Origin: Octopus vulgaris
Lineage: Eukaryota
Assembly (NCBI GenBank): GCA_951406725.2
Contig: OX597824.1
Coordinates: 92,132,001-92,196,000 of the forward strand
Direction of reading: 5' to 3'
Length of the DNA stretch: 64,000 bases
How positions within the stretch are numbered: the stretch's first letter is position 1; each line of letters starts with the position of its first letter. Under the pieces are notes generated by a model. That model was not told where the DNA came from. It saw only the letters and a program-made list of their open reading frames with translations, and ran no database searches. Both the position numbers and the translations under genes were made by a program. Of this stretch, positions 36,995 to 49,699 are shown one piece after another.

Positions 36995-39582
36995 CTGCTG
37001 CTGCTGCTGTTGGTATCATTAGAGGTAGTTTGCAGTTATTACTAATCTGGTTTTTGTTGGTGTTTGTAGTTGATACTAATATAATGTTTGCTTTGTAGTT
37101 TCTCCTGTTGAAGTTAATGTTTATTTTCGTTTTTCTTCCTTGGTATATATCTCGTGTATTATGGTGGTTCTGTTGACGTCCTATGTGCGGTGTTCAATTT
37201 AACGATTGCGGACAGAGTTGAGCTCTGATTGATATAGATTTTTCTTTCTGGACTGTGTTGTTGTTGCTTTTCAATATGTAGTTACTATTGTGGTTGACGT
37301 CATTATTATATTTGTTAGTTTTTGAGGCGTTATTTATGCCGTTCTTCTTGTTGGTGTTGCTTTCTCAAACTTTACAGTTTTCATAAACTGTCAGCCGAAA
37401 CGAGCAACCATATAGTAATCTGATCGTTAAAAATGAAATTATAGAATGAAAGAAAGCATAAACGACCAACACAAACACGTAGGAAAATAAAAATAATAAA
37501 TAAATCAAGACGAAAATGAAAATAATAAAATTAAATAACAAGGAAAGGAAATAACGTTATGCGTTTACTGAAAAAGCAAATTTATAGAGTTTATCGGTTA
37601 TTTTAGTCGCATCTGTATTTATTGTTTTTGTAATTTCTGTTATTTTTTTAAAGATTTTAATTGAATATTTTATATAAATCATATTTCTTCTAAAACTAAA
37701 GTTATGATTTCTTGATAAAATTGTTGTTGAGAATTTTCGTTTCGTGCTTGGCGAACATCAATCTATGTATTCAAACTGCCACCCCCACCCCAGTAAACCT
37801 GGCGACATGATATGCTAGATCGTGCGTAAAATAAATTTCCGGCCGCCATTTTATTCCGTACAAACTATAATGTATTTTCTATACTTTTAAATGTTTTCAT
37901 TTTATATTGTGTAATATTTATTGCTAAATCGACTGTGTTGTCAGAAAGATATATACACACAAACATCCATACATATACATACATCCAGACATATACACAC
38001 ACACATATATATCTATGTATGTATGTTTGTATGTATGTATAAATTTGTATTTCCTCTTTCTCTCTACAAAAATTTCATATCTGCGTGTATATGAATGAAT
38101 TTGTAAATACATATTATTAATATTGTGTGTATATATTAATGTATATGTACCTACCTATAAAGTTTCATATGTGAAAATTGTTATTGATACTTTGGATTTT
38201 TGTTAGAAAGAATAAATGATAATTCTAAGAAAAATCCAATTTTCCACATACATTGAAACTATCGATTTCTTTACGTATGAACATGGTTCCAGATTTTGTG
38301 GTAGTGGAAAATAGATTGATTAAAGTTCACGTTCTTCCCAACTTTAATAAACGATATGGAACTTGCCTGGAATTCATTGCTCTGTATTTGTTTTGCGTGT
38401 TATATTATGCATCTCAGGAAGTCGAGTTATACTTTGAACCCTCGTAAACTTTCTCCAGAGGTTAACACTGATATATGATCATTATTTAAGTGTGCAGTGT
38501 TTTGGCTGCGCCGTAGAATGTAATCATGGCTTAAGTCTATTTTAATATAATGTTGGAATAATTAAATGTTAAATGGTCTCAAAGACGGATAACTGGTGTT
38601 TGGGAGCCATCGATATATTAGAGAGGGCGGGAAAAGTATTATACAATTAGTATTAATGCGAAAATTAATGGTAAAGGCAGAGAAGAGACAAATCTTAAAG
38701 AGAGTTGGTAAATTGCTTTGTGGTATTTGTTTAGATTCTAGTTTTTGAGTTCGAATTTCGCCGAAATCTACGTTATATAGCATTTCTATATAACGTACAA
38801 CAATGCACGAGTCAAGTATTCTGATCAATTATTCTTCTCTATTCAATGTTGTTGACCTCGTGCCTAAATTAGAAACCTTTCATGCTTCACTGAAATCTTT
38901 GCATAAGCATGTCACAGTTGTTATATCTCTCACATCGCGATATAAATACAGTCTTTATTTCGTTATGATGAGATCTGTTGAAATGAAAATGCGATTGACT
39001 CTCTTGCGACCCAGATCCATTGTGCAACTTCGGCTTCGGTAAATAAATCGATGAAAATCAATAAGGATTTCAATAGTGAATAAATACATATGATATGATA
39101 AGAATACTTTTTATGGTTTAGGACTCTATGGATGAATAAGGATAAAGGTTCACTCTTCAGCGTTGACATTTCGGAGTTCTCTCTCATTGTTATTTGACAG
39201 GAATTCTGGTCGTAACAACAGAATTTCTGAACGAAATTCCAATGATGGTAAAGTTTATGAAATACCTCGAACAGGATTTTCACACCTGCATGTATCTGCA
39301 TACCTGTACATATAAATACTCATGCTACCGGAAAACAGACAACAAATTTGTTAACTCTCCTCCCTTTAAAATATGAAGGGGTCGTCTGTGATGAGAAGAA
39401 GAGAATTACTTGATGTAAAACAATATCACTGTTCCTCATTTCTCCATCTCTATATACACATGAAGCCTTGCTTTATTAGCGGAAGATTGAATAAAACAAA
39501 TCACATGTAGGTGGATCTGATGTCTGTAGTAAATAGCAAAGAGGATACTATTCGAAATCAGTGGCGATATCGGCAGATTTAT

Positions 39583-40020
39583 GAAGGTGGCGATCTGGCA
39601 GAACAATTAGCAGCCAGAAAAAATGCTTGGTGGTATTTCATCTGTCTTTACATTCCGCCGAGATCGACTTTCCCTTTCATCCTTTCGGGGTCGATAATAT
39701 ATATTTCTTTACTACCCACAAGGGGCTAAACACAGAGGAGACAAACAAGGACAGATAAAGGGATTAAGTCGATTACATCGACCCCAGTGCGTAACTCGTA
39801 CTTAATTTATCGACCCCGAAAGGATGAAAGGCAAAGTCGACCTCGGCGGAATTTGAACCCAGAACGTAACGGCAGACGAAATACGGCTACGCATTTCGCC
39901 CGGTGTGCTAACGTTTCTGCCAGCACGCTGCCTTCTGCCAGCTCGCAAGTATCAGTTTGAGTAGTAACTGAATTAACCCCACCCTCAAATTTGCTGGTCT
40001 TGGTCCGAAATTTGAAATCA
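39583..40020 (+). mobile_element. Older family B SINE split by an antisense young family B copy
   Basis: 5' part 39583-39697 ends ggggtcgataa; 3' part resumes aagtatcag at ~39947. Confidence 0.7.
39704..39933 (-). mobile_element. SINE family B, young full-length copy
   Basis: Near-identical to 7334-7520, plus tail atttctttactacccacaaggggctaaacacagagg. Confidence 0.9.
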
Positions 40021-40699
40021 GTATAAATTGATTTGACAAAGCAGCTAGCAGGAATTCTCTACATTTTGAGTTCAAATTTCGCCGAGGTTGACTTTGCCTT
40101 TAGTCTTTTATCGACAGACGCAATACCGCTAAGCATCTTTCACAGCATGCGACCGATAAAATAAACGCCATTTGAACAGTAGGGCTCTGGGGGCGGAAGG
40201 TAATATAATCGACTAGCTTCCAATCCGATATTGCTGGTCTTCTGCTAAAATTGGAAACCAATACCGATAAATTTGTTAACTGTTCTGACTATCTGGATAT
40301 CAGCACGCAAACACAGCCATAAATATACCAAAGGAAACAACCAACAAAATAGCAAAGGTGGTGTTACGTAGCCATTCTGAGTTTCTAGCCTTATCAGTTA
40401 TACTTACCTTTACTCACATCATGTCAGTCACATAAACTATATATTCCATCTTGGTAAACCGAGAGATGTAAGGTACAAGGGTAGCATTAGGAATTAAACA
40501 CTTTTAATCTCAAGATTAATCAGCCGAAATTGCGGGGATGATCCGGTTCTTGACTGAGGATATAAAGCTTCGAATGACCCATCCTTGAGATTTTTGTATC
40601 GTCTATCTGGATGTTTTGTTGTCCCTTTTTGTATCACCGTGTTGTCCGGATGTTTTGCGTTCTTGTCCCATTTTGCATTTCATATATATATATATATAA

Positions 40700-40737
<38 letters not shown>

Positions 40738-40839
40738 TTGCATACATACACACATGTATATAAATATATACATTCATGTGTGTATTTATGTACATATGCT
40801 TGCATGTATGAATGAATGAATCTCTATCATTTTTGTACA

Positions 40840-41220
40840 TACATTTATTTTGTCATTAGACCGCGGCCATGATGATAGACTGCCTTGCAGAATTTTTTGT
40901 AGAATGAATCGATCTAATAAATCGTATTTTTAAAGCGCGGTAGATATCCCATTGGTTTCATTTACTGAACTGCTAAGTTACGGCATCACAAATACACTAA
41001 CATTATTTTTCAAACGGTGGCAGGGGATATAAAGCGAATGCAAAACACACACACATATATATACATATATAAATACTACGGGTTTGTTTCCATCAACCAC
41101 ATCCACTCTCTATGTTTTGGTCGGCCCTGTACTACAGTTCCATGACATTCAACGAAGGTGGACTGAACCCGGTACCATGTGGATGAGAAATTAGCTTCTA
41201 ACCACATAGTCACCTCTGCG
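40840..41220 (-). mobile_element. Degenerate SINE family A
   Basis: gtcattagaccgcggccatg..ctgaactgctaagttacgg..ggactgaacccggtaccatgtgg..ccacatagtcacctctgcg. Confidence 0.65.
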
Positions 41221-42270
41221 ACAAGAGATACTGTATGTATATTATGTCTTGTCGCTGGACCGAAATTTTCATTTGAAGAAAGCATAAATAAAATCAACTA
41301 TGGCGTCGAATATGTGTTTGATTCAATTTTGTCACTGTTGGTAAATAATCTTCCCAAAACAATTTATTTTAAAATCTATACTGCATAAGCAACAGAGTAT
41401 TTTTTTAACGAAAAATTTCGTCAATGAACTTCGCCTATAATAATTCAATGATACCATTCCATAAAACTACAAAAATTAAATTAACATATCAATATTTTCT
41501 TTTTCTAATTTATACATTTTGATGCGTTGTGAGTTCATACCAAAAATATGAGAATTCAAACAACCAACAAAAAGTTGAAATATTTGAAAATTCATAATTA
41601 TAAGGAAAATTGATATAAAGCAAATGAAATTGGTTGTGAATTAAAATAGCCTTGATTTTGGAGTGCACGTGTATAATATTAATTATATATCGTCTAATTC
41701 TCACATTCTGAACGTAATTATATTCATAAATATTATATTATTTTCACTTCAAACTAAAAATTGTTTACGTTTCACTTTTCTATTTTTAGGTTTTTTCATA
41801 CCCGAGTAAATTTGATTCGTTTATTTATATTTTAAAGAGTCAATTAATGCTCGGATTTATTTCTATTATATTCTGGTGATAAAAAGAAAATGAAGAAATG
41901 CGAGTAATAACAGATTGAGTAAGTTGTATATATACGTATGTGTATATATATATATATATTATATATATATATACACGCACATTTGTGTACGTCTGTGTGT
42001 TTGTGTTTCTATGTGTTGTATGTGTGTGTCTGTGCATGTCTTTTATATCGACGACTAAATGTTTAATTCTTTAATATTCCTCGGTGGAAAAAATGAATTT
42101 GGAAGATGAAGACAATAAAAGAGTTAAACATAGACAGACTTATTAACACTTATAAACACTATTGCTATTGTGCGTATACACACGTAGGCACGCGCGCGCG
42201 CTCACACACATTTATAAATGTGCATATATGAACACACACACACATATATATATATATATGTATTTATATA

Positions 42271-42394
<124 letters not shown>

Positions 42395-42415
42395 TACATA
42401 TTTGTATATATATAT

Positions 42416-42465
<50 letters not shown>

Positions 42466-42560
42466 CATATATATATATATGGTATGTATGCATACATATG
42501 TTTGTGTTTCTCTGTTCATGCATTTGTGTGTAATTAAACACCCGCAACACAACGACGATC

Positions 42561-42618
<58 letters not shown>

Positions 42619-43205
42619 AGAGAGAGACAGAGAGAGAGAGTGGGAGAGAGAGAGATGAAGTAAGACCGCAAGAGAAGAGATGTTTAAAGACGTTATATTA
42701 AACACATCAATATTTTGGAATAATTACATAACACACAGAACCTCTTGTGAAGTGTGACAGAAAAAAGTAAGGAAAATACGAGAGAGAGATGGAAAGAGAG
42801 AAAGATATTAAAAGAGAGTAAGCTAAAGCGAGTAAGAGAGAGAGAGAGAATGGTTGGTAGCAAATCATTTTAAAATTGCTGCAAAAGACAATGAATAAAA
42901 TTATAATTGGAAGCTGAATTCTAACGAATGGAATAAAATGAATATAGACATAGAGATGGAGTTTGTCGTTTTTCTTAATTATGTTTGGACCTTGGTCAAG
43001 CAGATCTATGGTCAAATGTCTTTCATCAATAATAATGCTGTCTTCTTAGAATTATGTACTACTAATATCGCTAATGTATCGAAATTATGTCCGTCGGTAG
43101 AATGTATGTCGAAAGAGATTTAATTGTTAGTTCAAGGCAGAGATTGATTAGGTTGTGGCTTCCATGTTAAGTCTCTCTCTCTCTCTACTTATTCGTGTGT
43201 GCGTG

Positions 43206-43277
<72 letters not shown>

Positions 43278-43459
43278 CTCCCTCTCTCTCTCTCTCTCTG
43301 TTTATCTATTTATCCGTCCATCTATTTGTCTATCGCTCTGTCACCTTCTGATTATCTCTGTGTATGTAGGAATCTATCTAAACACATGTATATGCATTTA
43401 CATGTACCTAATACTTGTATTGTAATTTTTTCTTGTATTTATTAGAAGTTATGTAGAAG

Positions 43460-43535
43460 TTGCCACGCAGGGGTCTCAACCTGAAACCATGTGGTTGGGA
43501 AGCAAGCTTCTTACCACACCTCCATGCCTGCGCCT
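43460..43535 (-). mobile_element. SINE family A head fragment
   Basis: aaccatgtggttgggaagcaagcttcttaccacacctccatgcctgcgcc. Confidence 0.7.
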
Positions 43536-43538
43536 AAA

Positions 43539-43581
<43 letters not shown>

Positions 43582-43592
43582 GTTTGGATGGA

Positions 43593-43639
<47 letters not shown>

Positions 43640-43650
43640 GTTTGGATGGA

Positions 43651-43702
<52 letters not shown>

Positions 43703-43724
43703 CGCAGGCATCTATGTGTGGTAT

Positions 43725-43966
43725 ATATGAATATAAAAGTTCTAAATCATTTGAAGGAACGCATCACCAACTCCTTTGCACACGTATCACCAGATATGCT
43801 ATTATAAGTTCACAATGAGTTGGGTAAACGCATTGCAATATGTATTCAAAACGATGGTAACCATATAGGACCTGCTAAGTAAAAAAAAAAAAAAACTGTT
43901 CTTATAAACCCATTCTTATAAAATTATAAATTATTCCTATGTATGGCGACTTTTGAATCACCCTGT
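43725..43966 (+). mobile_element. 3' end of a second rosa-type mariner transposon
   Basis: Translates to [41 protein letters not shown]; ends ttttgaatcaccctg-TA, the complement of a CAGGGTG-type TIR. Confidence 0.75.
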
Positions 43967-43979
43967 AGAAACATATGAA

Positions 43980-43983
<4 letters not shown>

Positions 43984-44029
<46 letters not shown>

Positions 44030-44071
44030 GAGCGAGAGAGAGAGAGAGAGTGACAGACAGGCAGGCAGAGT

Positions 44072-44160
<89 letters not shown>

Positions 44161-44164
44161 TTAT

Positions 44165-44218
<54 letters not shown>
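43984..44218. repeat. (GA)n followed by (GATA)n
   Basis: Direct reading. Confidence 0.95.
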
Positions 44219-44589
44219 GTCAGCGCACCTTTGGTTAACTCAATTCAGATGCTGTTATTGATCTAAAAGCGACATCAGATGTTTCATTTTTTTGTTGTTC
44301 TCAGGTCGCCGCTACATCCGGAGAACGCGGTATTCTTTCTATAGCGAAAATATATGTCCGTTGCATTTAATAAATACTATAGATGTTAACTAATTATTGT
44401 TGTGTGTTGGTGGAGGACAGATTTGCGTGGGAGCAAGCAAATTTCGTGATGATGGATTAACAATTTTATAGTTCTTAGAGAGTCAGCATGGTGGAGCTGT
44501 AGATTAAACGTGTGACTGTGTGACACGGGTTATGTGCCGTCCTGGTATGTATGGAGCAGGCAAGCCTAAGGTGGTATATCTGGATTGTT

Positions 44590-44971
44590 TGGTGCCAGGC
44601 ATGCCTTTGGTAGCAAGTATAGGTGCCAGGCATGCCTTTGGTAGCAAGTATAAGATAGTTCACTGAGAGACATAGTTGGCAATTGTGTGCTCCGTTTGAA
44701 TATAGAGGGGCGTTGTCAATGATACGCCATTTGATGTTGGCGAAATCATTCCTATGGTCACGAAGTCTCTGGATAAAACGGGGCTGGAGAGGTAGGTGGA
44801 GTTTTCCCTCGCTCTGCACGTAAAAGGGTGCTTACCCTGCACATAACTTGCCTTGAAGTTTTTGACTGTCATTCTTGTGTAGCGTCTTGTAATGTCATCG
44901 GATGGTGTGAAGGTGGCTCTACAGACCACAACTTTTGTGAGACAGCAGCCTCTCCGTGTGCATTTGGTAGC
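44590..44971 (-). pseudogene. Penelope-like element (PLE) GIY-YIG endonuclease region, frameshifted remnant
   Basis: Two frames give KCTRRGCCLTKVVVCRATF...RRYTRMTVKNFKASY...ENSTYLS and RLRDHRNDFANIKWRIIDNAPLYSNGAHNCQLCLSVNYLI, matching the PLE pattern CPLxGxCLxxxVVY..YIGxT..FKxRY..TxLS..IxWxII..YSN...CxLCLxEK. Confidence 0.75.
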
Positions 44972-45637
44972 ATTTAAGCTACCAAATGCACACGGTTGGG
45001 ATATGTAATGGAGCTGAGGGTAATGTGTGCCTCTGCCTATTTTAATATGAGATTCTAGAAGCGGTGTTCATTAAGTAGAAGTAATTAACTTCAACATTTT
45101 ATGGTTTTAGGAACGTTAATAGCAATGATATCACTTGACAAACAACACAACTACCACCAAACGTAGCGGTGACATTTGCCAACCAACAGCCTGTCCGACC
45201 ACGTGAACCTGACAACAATGATAAGATCTGATATTGCTTCCAAACCAATAATACCAACTCAGTTGTACATAATGATTGATGATAATCAGTGAATCATCGG
45301 TAATTTTTACTTTGCATAAATTATGAATGATTCGCTGACGTCATTGTAAAAATTTACAGGATCTCTAAAATTCTTTTACATCGTCGCAACATTAGAAGAT
45401 ATCAATATTCCGTCAATATTCTGTCCAAGGAAGAGCAACAGCTTATATTACATTTTGGACACTTTCTTGGATTAGCAGATTGGGAATATTTCATATCCAC
45501 TGCTAATTAGGTTATATAAATAAAATAATTCTCCTGAGAACTACTCTCATGTGTCGTTTCTATGGCGTGTAGGTGACAGAGAGATCACAGTGGTCTAACT
45601 GAATACGATGCTACTTCGTCGCAGAATTAAACAACTA

Positions 45638-45770
45638 GACTGAGTCTACTGGAGCAATGTGAAATGAAGTGTTTTGCTCAAGGACGTAACACACTGTCCG
45701 GTCGGGCAAACGATGATACGATCTGCTGATCAGGAGTTCGATAGACTGACCTTTAGGCAACACGTCTTCA
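45638..45770 (-). mobile_element. SINE family C head, degenerate
   Basis: ctgagtctactggagcaatgtgaaatgaagtgttttgctcaagga..acgtcttcac. Confidence 0.7.
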
Positions 45771-46323
45771 CGGGATAGATCAAAATCTATTGTTTTGTAG
45801 GACAAAACACCATAATGCCAGAATCTGACAGCATGCCAGATATTAAGGTGAATCATTGAGCGAACTTTTGTTTATCATGTGGATGAGTATATGTAATGCA
45901 AGTGGATCTTCCTTAGTTTCCAGGATGAGATTTCAGTTCCTTTATCTACTGAATAAAGAAATTATATAATTAGTTGCATATTAATTTATCTCGAATCATC
46001 TTAACGCACGTGTGAGGCATAATCACAGTAATTCGGTGCCACAAGATTAGACTAGTTAATGCGAAAGAGTCGATACAAGCGTAGGTGCGGTGGAGTCAAT
46101 TTTTCAAAGTGTTGTCCCAACAACCATATTGAACACGATTTTAATCCTACCAAAAGGCGTATAGAGGAATTACATTTTAGCCATGGTGTCACGTGGCAAA
46201 AGGGTTGTGAATGCAGTTGGTTAGGCGGAAGGTTATTTAATGGGTAACACATCGAGAAAATAATAATTATTAAATTATCAATAAAGCATGGCTTCATTTT
46301 ATACACACACACGCGCGCGCATG

Positions 46324-46484
<161 letters not shown>

Positions 46485-46496
46485 CATACATATATA

Positions 46497-46852
46497 TGTG
46501 GCACTCCGTCGGCTACGACGACGCGGGTTCCAGTAGATCCGATTAACGTGAAATTAACGTGCAAGACGTTGAGCACTCCACAGACACGTGTACCCTCAGC
46601 GTAGTTCTCGGGGAGATTCAGCGTGGCACAGAGTCTGACATGGTTGGCCCTTTGAAATGCAGGTACAACAGAAACAGGAAGAAAGATGGGAGAGAAATTT
46701 GTGGTGAAAAAATACACAAGGGTTCGCCACCACCCCTTGCCGGATGCTCATGGTGTTTTCGCTCAATAAATACTCACTACGTCCGGTCTGTGTATCGAAA
46801 CCGCGATCCTATGACCGTGAGTCTTAACCACTGGTCCCTAACCTCTAGGCCA
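46497..46852 (-). mobile_element. SINE family C
   Basis: Matches the reverse complement of 52775-53150 with deletions. Confidence 0.85.
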
Positions 46853-46859
46853 TTGTACA

Positions 46860-47090
46860 TACACATATGTGTGTGTGTATTTGTGTCTGTGAATCTTTGT
46901 GCAGTCGGGCATGTGTTTGTGTTCGTGTTCGACCCCAGCACCACAATCTACGGTTCGGCGTAAGAGAGCGATAGAATATTTACCAAACTTTAATAAAATA
47001 TACTGAGATGGATTCGTTTCTCAAAAATTCATCAAGGCGTTTCCCCATCATGACCGCAGTCTAATGACTCAAGCAAATAAACGATAAAGC
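46860..47090 (+). mobile_element. SINE family A 3' half, degenerate
   Basis: cggttcggcgtaagagagcgatagaata..ccatcatgaccgcagtctaatgact. Confidence 0.6.
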
Positions 47091-47742
47091 ATAAAATATT
47101 TTTTAAATCCCACATACAAGGTTTTGGGTGTTTTATTTTTTACGGCACCACTTATCTAACTAAACCATTCGTACCATTGCCTTTAGAGAAGAATCGAACT
47201 GGTGATTAGTTTGTCGGAAACTTTTAAAGAAGCTGGCTCTATTTTGCTATATTTGGGAAATAAAAAAAAAATTTTAATAATATAAGAATAAAGAGAGTAA
47301 AGTCAAATAAAATACAGCATCAACAAGAGAAGAGAAAAAAAAACATCCATAACTACAACTACGATAGTAAAACGAAACGAAAATAAAAACTCAGCAATCA
47401 AGAAGTAGAGGAAGAAGAACATTGGCCCGCAGCAAAGACAGTGCTATGAAGAAAACGACTTGAAGCAGTAAGAGAGTTTCTAGAAGAGACGCCGCAGCAG
47501 CGACAATCGAAACAACAACAAGAACAATGGCAAGAAAAGCAACTACCTAATACTAATACTACTACAACAACAACAAAACATCTATAAAAGAGTCGTTTAG
47601 ATTAATATCTAATTTGCCATAAATCCATTAAAAAATTTATTGTCAGCAGATTTAGTGATTCCTCCAAGAGATTAGTGCTAAATGGAAAACCATTTCTCCT
47701 TCCCCGCACCTCCTGCTCCGCCTCGTCTTTCTTTCCTCTATC

Positions 47743-47839
<97 letters not shown>

Positions 47840-47950
47840 CACTCTTCCCCCCTCCTCCTCCCCTTCATTTTTCTTCTCTGCAAGCATCTTCCTGGGTCGG
47901 AAAGAAAACGCAAATGTATTCCATATGTATGTATATATGTATGTATATAT

Positions 47951-48007
<57 letters not shown>

Positions 48008-48374
48008 CATACATACATACATACATACATACATACATACATACATACATACATGCATACTTACACATGCACGTGGGTGTGTGCTTTTGTATGTGCTGAG
48101 AGGGAGAGAGAGAGATGGAGCGAGTCGGGAAAAAGATTGGATGAGGCAGAATGATTACATGGCATGAATATTTAGAAAATATGGAAAATGTGAGAAGAAT
48201 GATAAAAGCATAAAATATGAACATAAATTAATTGTAATTAAAAGCATTTTAAAGAATTCCTCATGAGATAATGAAGATTATGGCGACAACGACAGAACGC
48301 TTTATGACAATCACAACGTTGTTTATGATGATGATGATGGAGGTGAGGATTATGACGCTAATAATAATAATGGC

Positions 48375-48572
48375 TTCGGATTTTCGCACACGTCCAACAA
48401 TTTGAAGGGACTTGGTTCAATGGACCCTAGTTCTCAACTGGTACTTATCTAATCGACCCCACAAAAATTAAAGGAAAAAAAGCGGTAGACTTACAAATCA
48501 AAACGTAAAGACGGTTTCATTAATGCAAAGCATTTTATCCGGCACGGTGTCGAATCTGTCAGCTCGCTGCCT
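48375..48572 (-). mobile_element. SINE family B, degenerate
   Basis: caactggtacttatctaatcgacccc..ctgtcagctcgctgcctt. Confidence 0.65.
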
Positions 48573-48605
48573 TAATGGTAACAGCAATACCAATCACAAT
48601 AATAA

Positions 48606-48972
48606 CAAGAGCACTCAGAGAGTGCCAACCTCCGCCAAAGCAACACCAACATTCTCTCAATGATTAGCCAGAGATGATTTTTAAAATGAGAATATCTGAA
48701 ATAAACTCGGCTGCTCTCACAAACGAGAATACTAAATATGAACCCGACCGTTCTCAAAAATTAAGTAAAAAAAAAAAAACAGGAAAATAATCTAGAACCT
48801 TATCCGGTAACGGATCGATCTCAAAATCTAATCAGTTCGTGCCAGTCACGAGGCCAAACATCCTTGAAAGTTTCATCCAAATCCATCCAACGGTTATTGA
48901 GATATCTTGTCCACGGACAAGCAATGAAACAAACACGACTTGAAACAATACCTCCGCCTTAGCGAAGGTGGA

Positions 48973-48975
<3 letters not shown>
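48606..48975 (-). mobile_element. Non-autonomous Helentron (HINE / DINE-1-like)
   Basis: SubTIR-plus-IR hairpin ACCTCCGCCTT-agcg-AAGGTGGAGGT (48950-75); matching subTIR ACCTCCGCC (48628-36); terminal stem-loop GCACTC-aga-GAGTGC (48611-25); AA (TT on minus) at both junctions; core aagtttcatccaaatccatcc. Confidence 0.82.
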
Positions 48976-49590
<615 letters not shown>

Positions 49591-49699
49591 TAATCCTTTT
49601 AGCTCTTATTTTTTAGCAATGTAGGTGTTTTTGACACCCTGTTTACATTTAGTGACAATTCCTTTATGGTGAAGCTTTGCAACCTGCTGCTTGCTTTAA

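Noticed and set aside
40500-40680. (TA)n-adjacent segment with ctgagga..cgaa and gccgaaa motifs
   Set aside because: It may be another PLE-type terminal repeat, but I could not build a consistent hammerhead fold and there is no second copy here.
44265-44310. Possible hammerhead downstream of the PLE remnant (minus: CCTGAGAACAACAAAAAAATGAAACATCTGATGTC)
   Set aside because: A stem III-like ACATC/GATGT and GUC are present, but the core lacks a nucleotide, stem II does not pair and stem I is out of register; at best a dead relic.
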